DNA of 63,045 nt, counting the filler, from Chiloscyllium plagiosum (Eukaryota), in the NCBI RefSeq assembly GCF_004010195.1. It is 3 parts of one record of this genome, joined end to end, with 100 filler letters (N's around TTAATTAATTAA, not from the genome) between each part and the next. Parts side by side here need not be neighbours in the genome. Positions count along the whole stretch, not along the records: positions 1 to 26,864 come from NC_057717.1; 2 more parts are not named here. One strand, written 5' to 3'. The notes beneath the pieces are model-generated. The model saw nothing but the letters and a program-made list of their open reading frames with translations, did not search any database and was not told where the DNA came from. Positions 12,420 to 25,329 of the stretch are shown here, piece after piece. Within the stretch, counting starts at the first letter, position 1; each line of letters starts with the position of its first letter. A program made the translations under genes and the position numbers.

Positions 12420-13806
12420 CAGCATGAAAATTGCCCTGACAGCCTCGGATGTACCTGTGCCCGCTGTCACCACTGCAGACATGATCAGTCTTCCTGCATG
12501 TCAAGTCAAGGAAAGCGACAGGCCTGGAGTGTGTTCCCGGCTGAGCACTCAGTTCCTGTGAAGACCAACTGGCAGAGATATTATCAAACATCTTCAACCT
12601 CTCTCTCCAGAAACCGAAATCCCAACCTGCTTCAAGAAGACCACCATCATCCTTGTAAGTGAGAAAGCACATGCAACGTTCCTTAATGACTCCCGCCCAG
12701 TGGCTCTGACCTCAATAAACATGAAGTGCTTTGAGACGCTGGTTGTTGCCGACATAACCTCCAGTCTTCCAGCCTGACCTGCTGTCCTATAATGTGCGGA
12801 TTGATGTAACGGGTCCACAACGGATGCCATATTTGCTCTGCACTCATCCCTGCGACATCTGGACAACAAGATGCCTACACCAGACTCCTGGTCATTGACT
12901 ACAGCTGTACCTTCAATATCATTATCCCCTCCAGGTTGATCCCAATACTCCGTGACCTTGAGCATGGCTCCACCCTCTGCAACTGGATCCCCGGTTTCTG
13001 ACACACAGACCACAATCTGTGAAGATAGGTTTCTGCACATTCTCCACAATAAAACCCAACACTGGAACTCCTGGACGATGTGTTCTCTGCCCTCTATTGT
13101 ACTCCCCGTGCACCCACAGCAGTGTCCTCAACCCCCCTTCTGTACTCCCTGTATATTCACGGCTCTGCCCTCAGCCCCCTACTGTACTCCTTGTACACAC
13201 ATGGCTGTGCCCTCAGTCCCCTACTGTACTCCCTGTACTCCCATGGCTGTGTCCTCAGCCCCCTACTGTATGCCCTGTACACACGCAGCTGTGTTGTCAA
13301 ATTCCAAACAACACCAGCTACAAGTTCGCTGATGACATCACCAAATCAGGAGGGATATAAACAACGATGAGTCAGAATACAGAAAGAAGACCGAGGACTT
13401 AGTGGCATGGTGTAATTATAATAACCTCTCTCTCAAATTCGTCAATAGTAAGGAACTGATTATTGACTTAAGAAAGAAAGGAGAGGAACACGACGTCATC
13501 TATATCAATGGTTGAGGGAGGGCAGAGCATCAACTCCCTCAGAGTGACAATAACTGACAACCTACCCTGGTTTTCTCGCATAAGTGTGACAGTCAAGAAA
13601 GTTTAACAACGCCTCTTTGTCCTCAGGAGGCTCAGGAAATTCAGCATGTACTACTTCGACAGATACACCATTGAGAGCATACTGACTGGTGCGTCACGGC
13701 TTCATACAGCAACGCTCTGCCCAGGACCATAAGAAACTACAGAAGGTTGGGTGCACAGACAATCTCCCAACCATTGACTCGTTGCCGCAGAAAGGCTGCC
13801 AACATC
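12420..13806 (+). mobile_element. Rex1/Babar LINE RT region, interrupted at 13806 and resuming at 16490
   Basis: RKATGL..DQLAEILSNIFNLSL, LNDSRPVALTSINMKCFETLV, KFADD at ~13321-13335; ends RCRRKAANI. Confidence 0.88.
13073..13283 (+). repeat. Five tandem 42-bp units of the RT motif (HGCVLSPLLYSLYT)
   Basis: 211 bp = 5x42+1; visible in ORF 13080..13370. Confidence 0.92.
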
Positions 13807-15805
13807 TAGAACATTGAACATAGAACATAGAACAGTACAGCCCACAACAGGCCCTTCAGCCCACGATTTTGCACCGACAATTGATCCTCATGAACGCACC
13901 CTCAAATTTCTGTGACCATATGAATGTCCAGCAGTCTCTTAAATGTCCCCAATGACCTTGCTTCCACAACTGCCGCTGGCAATGCCTTCCATGCTCTCAC
14001 AACTCTCTGTGTAAAGAACCCGCCTCTGACATCCCCTCTATACTTTCCACTAACCAGCTTAAAACTATGACCCCTCGTGTTAGCCATTTCTGACCTGGGA
14101 AATAGTCTCTGGATATCGACTCTATCTATGCCTCTCAACATCTTGTATACCTCAATTAGATCCCCTCTCCTCCCCCTTTTCTACAATGAGAAAAGTCCGA
14201 GCTCAGTCAACCTCTCTTACAATGAGAAAAGTCCGAGCTCAGTCAACCTCTCTTCATATGATAAGCCCTCCAATCCAGGCAGTATCCTGGTAAACCTCTT
14301 CTGAACCCTCTCCAAAGCATCCACATCTATCCTATAATAGGGCGACCAGAACTGGACGCAATATTCCAAGTGCGGTCTAACCAAAGTTGTATAGAGCTGC
14401 AACAAGATCTCACGACTCTTAAACTCAATCCCCCTGTTAATGAAAGCCAAAACACCATATGCTTTCGAAACAACCCTGTCCACTTGGGTGGCCATTTTAA
14501 GGGATCTATGTACCTGCACACCAAGATCCCTCTGTTCCTCCATACTGCCAAGAATCCTATCCTTAATCCTGTACTCAGTTTTCAAAATTGGCCTTCCAAA
14601 ATGCATCACCTCGCATTTATCCAGGTTGAACTCCACCTGCCACCTCTCAGCCAATCTCTGCATCCTGTCAATGTCCCGCTCGCCGACAACAGCCCTTTAT
14701 ACTGTCAATGACACCTCCAACCTTTGTGTCGTCTGCAAAATTGCTGACCCATCCTTCAATCCCGGCATCCAAGTCACTAATAAACATTACAAACAGTCGA
14801 GGCCCAAGGACAGAGGGCACTCACCACTGACTTCCAGGCAGAATATTTTCCTTCTACTATCACTCGCTGTCTTCTGTTGGCCAACCAATTCTGTATGCAG
14901 ACAGCCAAGTTCCTCTGTATCCCATTCCTCCTGACCTTCTGAATGATCCTACCATGGGGAACACTATCAAATGCCTTGCTGAAGTCCATATACACACATC
15001 CACAGCTCGACCCTCATCAACTATTCTAGTCACATCCTCAAAGAACTCGATAAGAATTTTGAGGCATGACCTGCCCCTCACAAAGCCGTGTTGACTGCAT
15101 TTAATCAAGCCATGCTCTTCCAGATGGTCATAAGTCCTACCCTCAGAATCCTTTCTAACACCTTGCAGACGACAGACGTGAGACTTACTGATGTGTAATT
15201 GCCTGGGATTTCCCTATTTCCTTTCTTGAAGAGAGGAATTACATTTGCCTCTCTCCAGTCCTCGGGTACGACTCCAGTGGTGATCGAGGATGCAAAGATC
15301 TTCGCAAGCGGGTAAGTAATGACATTTTTCGTTTCCCAAAGCAGCCGAGGACAAATCTGGTCCAGACCTGGCGACTTGTCAATCTTAATGTTTGACAAAC
15401 TTTTCAGCACATCAGCTTCCTCTATCTCTATCCATTCCAGCATGCACATCTGCTCTTCAATGGTTTCATTCACTACAAAGTTCGTTTCTTTCGTAATGAC
15501 AGAAGTAAAAAACTCATTTAGAGCTTCTCCTACCTCCTCGGACTCCACACACAGGTTCCCTATTGTCTCCCTGATCGGCCCTACTCTTTCATTGACCATT
15601 TCCTTCTTCCTCACATGAATATAAAATGCTTTTGTGTTCTCCGTATTACGATCTGCCAAGTCGTTCTCTTGCCACCTCCTGGCTCTCATAAGACCATTTT
15701 TGAGCTCCTTCCTCGCCTGCCTGTAATCCTCGAGATCTGAGCTTGCATCTAGCTTCCTTCATCTTATGTAAGCTACCTTCTTCCTTTTGAGGAGAAGCTC
15801 CACCG
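13807..15805 (-). mobile_element. 5'-truncated CR1 (HER1-type), relatively well preserved
   Basis: IDKSPGLDQICPRLL, MDFSKAFDSVPH, LVRPHLEYCVQFWSP; (TTCTATG)n-like tail at 13807-13833; internal 36-bp tandem duplication at ~14182-14253. Confidence 0.95.
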
Positions 15806-16489
15806 CTATCCCAGATTACTGAGTGAAGGGGAAGAGGAAATAGTTGGGGCATTAACAGATATCTTTGTAGCATCCTTGAACACAACTGAGGTCCCGGATG
15901 ACTAGAAAGTTGTTGTTTAAATAGGGTAGCATGAATAATCCAGTTAATTATCGACCAGTGAGCCTGTTATCAGGGGTTGGGAGCTGCTAGAAAAGATACT
16001 GAGGGATAGGGTCCATTCTCATTTGGATGAAAATGGTCTTATCAGTGATGGGCAAGATGGTTATGTGCAGGGAAGGTCATGTCTTACCAACTTAATAGAA
16101 TTTTTTGAGGAAGTGACAAAGTTCATTGATGAGGGAGGGGCTGTAGATGTCATGTATATGGATTTCAGGAAAGCGTTTAATATGTTTTCCCATTGTCGGC
16201 TTATGGAGAAAGTGAAGTCCCATGGTGTCCAGGGTGTGATAGCTACTTGGATAAAGAACTGGCTGGGCAACAAGGTACAGAGCGTGGTAGGGGAAGGCAG
16301 TTTCTCAAAATGGAGAACTGTGACCAGTGGTGCTCCATTTAAGATGTTTCTAGAACGACACATGAATGGGCAGGGAGCAAAAGGATAAAGACCCTGAGAA
16401 AATAGGCGTCGGAATTAGACAGAAGATCTGGTCGGCGCAAGCTTTGACTGCCGAATGGCCTGTTCCTGTACTCGAATACTTCTTGTTCT
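15806..16489 (+). mobile_element. CR1 fragment of a second subfamily, internal deletion near 16336, 3' tail present
   Basis: ORF 16023..16388 RT motifs; jumps from VTSGAP to the 3' end; tail ggcctgttcctgtactcgaatacttcttgttct. Confidence 0.9.
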
Positions 16490-16790
16490 AACATTACCAA
16501 CGACCCATCACATGCCTGTAAAGATCTGCCACAACCTCTTCAATCAGGCTAAAAGATACAGAAGCTTGAAAACACAGAGCAGCTGGTTCAGTAACAGGTT
16601 CTTCCTGACTGTTGTTAGCCTGATGAATGGGTTCTCTAATCTTAGATAATGTTGATCTTGTTCATGTTGATCTCGCCTAGCGCATGCGCTGTGCAGCGTA
16701 ACCTATATGCCTCTCAGTCATGTTTTACACCCATCGTTCTGTACATCCTTGCTTACTATGATATGACTGGACATCTTGTTGCAGGTCAAA
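16490..16790 (+). mobile_element. Rex1/Babar 3' end, continuation of 12420-13806
   Basis: aacattaccaacgacccatcac (NITNDPSH) continues ..KAANI; then RYRSLKT..RFFLTVVSLMN. Confidence 0.82.
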
Positions 16791-19700
16791 ATAAATCCTC
16801 ACCTCCCTCCTCCCAGTTCCCTCCAGTGCTCACGCCCAGGTCTCTCTGGTCCTCACCCCCAGCTTCACCCATCACCTCCAGCACCCTGTGACCCCATCCC
16901 CAGCTCCCCGTGTCCTTTGTCTCTCACTGTGTCTCTCGCACTGTCTGTTTCCGCGCGTTTTCCTTTTCCCTGTCTTCTGTTTCTTTCCCTGAACCTACTA
17001 TCTTCCCTGCTCCCTGTCCATGTGACGGTTTGTTTCCTTGTTTTGTTTCCGTTTCTCCCTCGTTGTGATGGTGATGGCTTCTCTATTCGTTTGAAGCAGG
17101 TGATGGCTCATTGGTTCAATGTTGGCAATACAATTAACTCACCTGGGTTTTGGTATCGAAGACATAATTTAAAATTATTGGTTAAATTACAATTGTTGTC
17201 AAAACAGCAACCAAAACATGGGTATCCATTTAACAGCTAATTGTTACATCTATTTTATTAACTATTTTGGAACAACCCGTCTCCCAATGTTCCGTACACT
17301 GGCAACTGAAATCATTCTATTCACGTGCATAATAGTCTGACATGGTAACTGCTCTGCCCAGGACCATAAGAAACTACAGACGGTTGTGTGCACAGCCCAG
17401 TCTATCACGGAAGACCACCTTCCGTCATTTATACTAGTCATTGTCACAGAAAGGCTGGCAACATCAAATATTTCTCCCAAACCAGTAATGATCTCCTACA
17501 ACGTCTTCCAACAGGGAGGAGACACAGAGGCTTGAAAAAATGGACCAGCATGCTCAGGAACACTTCCTTCCCTCCATAATTAGACTGACGAATTGACATA
17601 TCTAACTTTTCAAATAATATTAATCTTGCTAATGCCGATTTTGCTTTGTTCACCTCCTGTGAAGCTGGATGCCTCACTCTGTGTAAGTACCCCAAGATCT
17701 CTGTTTTCTTGTTTACTACCATGTGCCTGCACTACTCGCAAAACAAATCTTTCCATTGTACATTTGACTGAAATAAATCAAATCAAATCAGATCAATCAC
17801 GTGGACTGCAGTGGCTCAAGATCTTCTCAAGAGCAACTGGGAAAATGAACTAATGCTGGCCCAATCTGAGATACCCATATCCCGTTAACAAATATAAGAA
17901 GATGACCACACTCAGGGAATACTGACAGGGGAAATCAAATCGCTTTAAACATGGACTTAGACAAATACAAGTTTCTCTCGCTATCTGAAAGAAACCGTTC
18001 GCGAGCTGATATGGTGTAAAGTGCAGTAGCACTAATTTATATGGGAAAAATTTCGCCTTTCTTCGTAAAAGTGAAAATCCTCTATGGATTTCTTTTGGTT
18101 AGCGAAACAAGGCAGTAATGTAGGTCATTCGGAAAGGGAAGAGGTGAAAAGTGAACTTTTGAAAAGCGGGGGATACCTGTATGTACATGGGCATGATATT
18201 CAGGAAGATGGGAAAGGCGAAAAATAAATGAGGTGAATCTTACATGTTATTTCCAGCCCAGCTGATCATCATTCTCTTTGTTTGCTCTTTTTCTTCTATA
18301 TCCCTCTTTCTCTATTAATTCCTCCTCCCTTTCAAAGCAGACTTCCCTGTCAATGGTATTAATCACACTCCTTTCCAGCTGCTTTCTGTTCAGGAAAGTT
18401 CCCCAGCACTTTCTGTTTCTTTGTTTGCATTACCTTGTATAATGTCAGATTTTCAGCATCTTCCTTTATTTGATTTCACCTTCAATTTTGTTATTTCGTG
18501 GGACGTTGGCATCTCTGCCAAGGGCAGTATTTGGTGACCATCACGAATTGCCCTGACTCCGAGGCCATTCGACAAGCCAATATAAAGTACATTGTCATGG
18601 GTGTGAAGTCTCACTTAACCCAGACCGGGTAATAACATTAGTTTTCTTTACCGCAGGTGATCAGTGAAACAGGAAGGTTTTCAGACAAAATGTTGCTTTT
18701 ATGTTTGTTTTTGTGAAATTCACTTTTATTCTAATTCTTATCAGTTTTACTGAAGTTCTGTCATCAGCTGTTGTGGAATTGAAACAAATCACTTGAAACA
18801 ATATCTTCTGTTTAATAAGCTTTGCTCCTGATTTACATCCAGCGACATTCCTACATTTATATATTGTCCTAATCATGAAGTAACGTCCGAGACAAGAACA
18901 ATTTTATAATTGAAATATTTGTAATCGAAAAAGTGGTCAGAAGAGACCTTGAAACATTAAGTCTGAATTTTAGCAAAGTGTAGGCAACAGATTGCTCAGC
19001 CACAGCACTGACGCAGAGATGAAGATTGGGGATATTAGGACCTGTCAGTGGACAGGTTTGGTGACAGAGAGATCACGAGACATAAATCAGTTCAGGGCAA
19101 AAAGCGATCTCGAGGTTTTGCACAGTTTTGTTCTCAGATGTGTGTGAGGGAGTGGTCTGCAATTCATAGATAATGAATGGAGACTGCAATTAAAACTGAA
19201 GATATTAGATTCTTTCTCTGACAAATATCGATAACAGAAATTGCAACGAGGTTCAAACTTGTTTACGGGATTAATGAATAGGCAGAGAGCACCAACAATA
19301 GCGATAATAGGTTAGGAGCACACCCTCCACCCCTCCCAGAATAATCATCAGCACTGCTGATATCCGATATGGTAGAAATTCCCAACAGGGAGAAATCTTG
19401 AAAAGACTCAAGAAAAACCTCCTCTCCATTGTTGCAATGTTCCAGTCCGCTATTCTCAGATTCAGATCTGTCCTCTCTCTGTCTTCGCAGCTGTTGATCT
19501 CTGCTACTGTTGGAATTGATGAATCTGCTACTACAGTGGGATAGCGCACAGAATGAAGCTCTTCACCAATAGGAGAGGGAAACCCTCCAGTGACACATTT
19601 ACATTGCATGGAGACTGACATTAATCATCGTCACTGAGCAATCAGTCCCAACATTCAATCCAGCACATTAAGTTTACAATATAACTGGACTTGACTACTT

Positions 19701-21329
19701 GTTGACATTGCTGGTTATTGGTCAAATCTCCCATCACCAATTGCTCGAGTGAAGTCAGTTGTGAGGGAGAATGATGGATGTTATCTTTTCGTAGGCTAGA
19801 TCATTCTGCTCTGTTGTCCGTTTACTATGCTGTAACCATGTCTCCCCAAATCCCTCCACCCCCAAAAGAAATACAACCAGGATGATGTTACTGTGCTGTT
19901 CTCTCCTCCACGGGAACAAACGCCAGTCAACACACTGTCACTGGGCACATTTACCCTGAATATTGACAGGAAGTGTGGACTTCTCTGAATGTTCCTCTCA
20001 CTGCTCTAATAAGGCAACTTTGGAACTTCTTTAGGGAATATGCTTCAATAGTTTATTTATACAATTTTACAAACTTCTACATGCAGTTTTATTTGCTGTA
20101 AAATCGTATTTTGGCCTTAGTCCAAAACCAAAAGTGATAATTACAATGAACTTATTCATTTAGACTTATGAATTAATGAGTCAGCTTCGAATGAACATGA
20201 CATTAGCTGGGAGATAGGACAGAATGGGGATAGTGGCTATGGAGACTGCATGAGGAGTACAATGATATTCCACAATCATCATCATGCTTTCTGCCAGACA
20301 GAATTAAATGTAATGCACTACAAGGAAACAGCCAACATTTGGGAGATGCAATGCTGAATGACAAAGTGAATGAACAGGATCATTTTAATTGTGATAAAGT
20401 GAACTATATTTTATATACACACACCATTTAATCATTGGGAATACAGATTGAGTAGGATCACTGGTCCAGAAACATTAACATTGATTTCTCTTCAAGATAC
20501 TGCCAGACCTGCTGAGCTTGCCCTCTAAGTTCTGTTTTTTGTTGTTTGAGTTTGATCAGATTGTTCATATCTGGCAGGATACTTAAAATTAAAAGCAGAC
20601 ACTCATAACAAAATGTGGAGGGCCATGGGGACAGTACAGCAGACTAAAGTAGAGATATAGGAATTCCAAGCTGAAAGAGAAAATGGGCTGAGTTTTCCCC
20701 ACTTTTGCTGTAAATAATTCTGTGATATGTAATCAAAGCCTTTGGAGAGGGGCTAGACAAACTAGTTCAACAAAGGACATAGAGTGTTCTACCATCAATA
20801 ATTTATTCCTGTTATCTCATGAAATTTCAGCTGCCTCTGAAATGTCTTTTCAAACAAAGTGGAGTTCCTGAGATTTACAGGATATTCAGAAAAATATTCT
20901 TTTTTCCTATGAATCTTAAAGAAGAAACAGATTTCGGCCGTAACACAGGTGTCACAGACACACCAACAATAATAGGAAAAGGAAAGGACTCCATTGTCCA
21001 TATATAACCAAATTCAGCATGTAGCCCTGTCAAGAAACATGTAATATAGTGATACGGAAGCATGAAACACAAATAAAAATGGTGGAGAAGCCCCACAGAT
21101 GAGGAAGTATCTGCATAGAGAAACAAAGTTAACATATCGAATATGATGTGACACTGTTCTGAAAAAGTCACATTGGAATCAAATGTTAATTCTGTGTATC
21201 TCTGCTCAGTGAGCGCCAGACCTGCTGAGTTCCCCTCAATCGATTTTTTTTCTTTCTGAACTGTGACAAATTGACTGATCCGAACGATACAAACAAAGCT
21301 GCTACTCAGTTGAATCTCGAGTAATTTGT

Positions 21330-23620
21330 AACCAAAAGAGACAATGCTGGAAAATCTCAGCAGGTCTGGCAGCATCTGTAAGGAGAGTCTAGCTGCCTCT
21401 GTTGCAGAGAAATCAGAATTAAAGTTTCTAATTCAGTGGCCCTTCCTCAGAACGGATGGTAGCCCTGAAAGTGTTGATTTATATACAGAAGAGACTGAAT
21501 AGCTGTTAAAGAAGACTGTTAGTAGCTTAAAATAAGCGGTGAGTAATGGAAGGCTAAGTGACTACTAGGCCTGGTGGCATGGGTCGGGGGCATTGAGGAG
21601 TTCAGTCCCTAAAATTATTGAATCCTATTTTGAGTCAGAATGGCTGCAAGGTCCGCCCACGGAAAATGAGGTGTTGTTCTTCCAGCTTGCGTTGCAATGT
21701 CCTGGAACACTGCAGCAAGCCTGCCACAGAGATATTGGACAGGGAACAGGTTGGGATATTAAACTGGCAGGCAACTGGAAAATCAGGGTCTTTTGCATAG
21801 GTACAGCTTGGATATACTGTGAACTGTTCACCCAGTCTACCTTTAGTTTCCCCAGTGTAGAGCAGACCACAATGTGAGCGGCGAATGTAGTAGACTGGAT
21901 TGTGAGAAATGTTGACAGGATGCTGCTTCATCTGGGAGGTATGTTTGGGCCCTTGGTTAGTGAGGAGAGAGGAGGTAAATGGGAAAGTGTAACACCTCCT
22001 GCAGTGGAAAATGAGGTTGACCTGTGGTGGGGGATGGGGAGGTGGGGGGAGGTGTTGGCAGTGAATAACGAGCGGACCAGGGTGTCCTGGAGGAAATGGT
22101 CACTTCAGAAGGCGGAAAAGGGAGAGGAGGCAAATATGTGTCTGGTGGTCGCATCTCGCTGGAGGTGGGGAAATGCAGACTGATGATCTTCTGCATGTGA
22201 ATGCTGGTGGGATAGTAGATAAGGACAAGGGGAACTATTAATGCTGTTGCAGGTGGGAGGACAGCGGGTGAGGTTAGAAGTGCAGGAGGTGGGTCAGAAC
22301 TGGCTGAGGGCCCTGTCGACAATAGTGCTGGGGAATTCTCGGTTGAGGACGAAGGTGGACATTTGAGAGTCCACATTTTTGAAGTTGACATCATCAGAAG
22401 CAATGCGGTTGAGAGGGAGGAACTGGGGGAATGGAATGGAGTCTTTGCCGGAAACAAGGTGTGAAGGTGTATACTCCAGGTAGCTGTGGGAGTCGGTGGC
22501 TTAATACTGGATATCAGTGACCTGCTTATCCCCAGAAATAGAAGCAGAGATGTCGAGGAAAGAAAGGGAGGAGTCAGAGATAGACCAGGTGAAAATGAGG
22601 GAGGGGTACAAATTGGAAACGATGAACTTTTCCAATTCTAGCCAAGAGAGAGTCGCAACAGCTAAGATCTCATCTACGTATCGGAGAAACAGTTGTGCGT
22701 CGGAACTGGAAAGAACTGGAGCAAGGAATGGTCTCCGTACCCCATGAAGGAACAGGTATAACTTGGGCCCACGTTTGTATCCATGCACCCCCTCTGTATG
22801 GCAGGAGCAGGCTGAAGCAATGGGTCTGCCCAGGCAGTCCTGTTTGTGGATTATCAGGAGGACATAAAAGCGAGCTCTGTTATCAGAGGACGATCAGCTT
22901 CGGGACTGTTAGGTGGGGGCGAGTGAGTGAGAATCTCCATATGAAATGTTGTCAGATTTAGTTAATAAAATGGCTGATGTGCCATGGCAGGGTTATGGAG
23001 CAGCAGGTGATACGTGGAGGTATCTGAGAGCTGGCAGTCAGCCTCTGAAATGAAGAGGTGAGTCCACCAGACTACAGCAGCATCACTCTTATCGGCACAG
23101 GCTGAATAACACAGTCAGGGTTGGATCGAAGCATACAGCATACAGTCTGTTCAGAGAGTGATAGCTAGGATAGGGTGAGGGGGATGCAGAGACATTAAAA
23201 CAACCAGTGTCACATTGAAAGTTCTCAAAGTACAGATTGAATCAAAGTAAACACCAGAGGAATGTGTCCAGGTGGAGGGAGTGTTGGAGCTGGGCGAAGG
23301 GTCTGTGGAGTGGTGAGTGCACTCTTGTCCAAATAAATGGACACCAAGGAGAAGACGGTGGAAGAGAAGTTCAATATTATGTCGTTCCTGAAATTCATTC
23401 AAGTGGGGGTACAGAGGGATAAAGCTGAGACCTTCGCTGAGTACAGAACATTCAGCATTAGAGCGTGGAAGTTTAGGAGGGATGGTGAATACACGACATG
23501 AGGTGGCCGAGGGGGAGTGGATTACACAGAGCGCAGGGCATGGGTGGGATGGCCGGTTCTAGAGCCTCGTAGGCATCTCTAAGTTACTGTAGTCCTCATA
23601 TAGCTGGCGAGCACAGCGAA
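21330..23620 (-). mobile_element. Penelope-like retroelement, decayed (RT + GIY-YIG)
   Basis: LFLRYVDEI (YVDD-like) and LSFLDISASISGD in ORF 22501..22788; VYYIRRSHCGLLYTGETKGRLGEQF in ORF 21635..21931. Confidence 0.88.
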
Positions 23621-25329
23621 TGAGCTGGAGAATGAAGTAGAATTGGGTAATGGTGCAGCCTTGAGCCAATGTGATGAGATGCTGGTGGACAGAGAAAATG
23701 TTGATCTCAGTGGCAGTGACATCGCACGATCAGTCCTCATAAAGTAACTGATTGAAAATAATCGGAATTGTTATTATTTTGTAATGCTCTGATTTCATTG
23801 GGGTGACACTCAACCAGCAAGGTGTTAGTTTTCTGAGACTTTAGACCAAACCGTGAAAACAAATGATGTTCTTAATAAGACAAATCCACCCACGGTTTTG
23901 GAAGGCAGTAGCAAAGGCAAAGTCATTCCCAAGAGCTCAAGGGAAGGCGTTATTGTTCATTGAGGAAATTGCCAGCACAGAATTTCCTCTGATTCCAGTT
24001 AACCACAGTTTTCTGAAGGTTAATGATGCTACATGAGTCAAATATTACTTTGATGCGAGGGAATTTACTCTGATCTCACCTCTAATGACATTGGAAAATC
24101 AGTTAAAATGGTACAGAGCAAATGATCGAACACGGCTTATTTGAACAATATGGTCACTGTCCTCACAAGGTCTAAGGAAAAACTGATGATTGGACGTCTG
24201 ATTCTGAGGAGAGGTTTGTCCTATTTGCGATGAGGCTGTTTGGTTAAGCGTTGTGACACAGAGACAGAAATAAAGTTCCACTCTCTATGGGGAACAGAAC
24301 CACCATGTTCATGGTGCATTGGACAGTGACAGACACACACTAGTATCTGTTTCAATTGGACATTGATCACCTCAATCTCATCATCCACTAAAGACCAATA
24401 GCAGCACAGAAGCCAGCAGTTCCCATCACCCCAGTTGGAAAGCAAAAACGGAAAGTAATGGCCAGTGGAAATGGGAGTAACTAGGGAACTGGTGTAACTT
24501 ACAGTGGGAGTGGGAGAAAAAAGATGTGAAGAGATATCATCAATGGAAGAATATGTAACAGCAGAAGGGGTATTACAAGAGAAGTAGGAGTGCAAAAAAG
24601 AGTAAGAAGGCGGAGGTAGAATAGCTAATGAAGTATTAGTGATTGGGAAAAACTTGCTTTATCAAATGTGAGGTTGGGTGAAATATATCACTGTTAAGGA
24701 ATCTTGGGATCTGGTTCCATTGAAAATTAAGATTTGATGTACTTCATTTTCTATCACTTGATTCTTGTTCAGATTGCACATTCACTCTGTATTTCTGCAT
24801 CTCCATCGAATGCAGATGACATTTTTTTTTTCCCTGGTGTGGTGTCTCAACATTTTTGGTTTTTTTTAAAACAGTATGTATTTGGTTCCAATTCAAGGTA
24901 GACATGAGCATATGATTTGATCTCCTTCAGTTTGTTCATAATGTAGAATTTAACTGAATATTTATCCTCATCACATTCACTAAGTCAAGCAATGAGTCAG
25001 TGTCCATCCTGCAGGTGAAAAGCTTCAGCTCCTACTATTGATAAAAAAACAGCGCCACACAAATGGCTAATATTCCAGTGCAAGGTGCCAAACCCTAGTT
25101 CATCTTAAATTAGGTACAAAATTTATGAATAAGACATGCTGAGGGGTAGAGTGTAAAAGGTGAATTCAACTCTGTGTCGAAAATGCTATTTGCAGCTTCC
25201 GCACAATAGATGTTAACTACATCACTTTGTAAATTCCCCAAAATAAGAACAGCAAGAGACTGGAATTCTTAATTCCTCTTCTGTGAATAACATCTGGAGA
25301 ACAGGAAGGAAATCAAGGTTTGTTTGTGA

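Larger units (their letters stand above)
15531..22730. repeat. Right arm of inverted segmental duplication (partner 1-7313)
   Basis: Reverse complement of 1-7313 along its whole length, with scattered indels. Confidence 0.97.
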
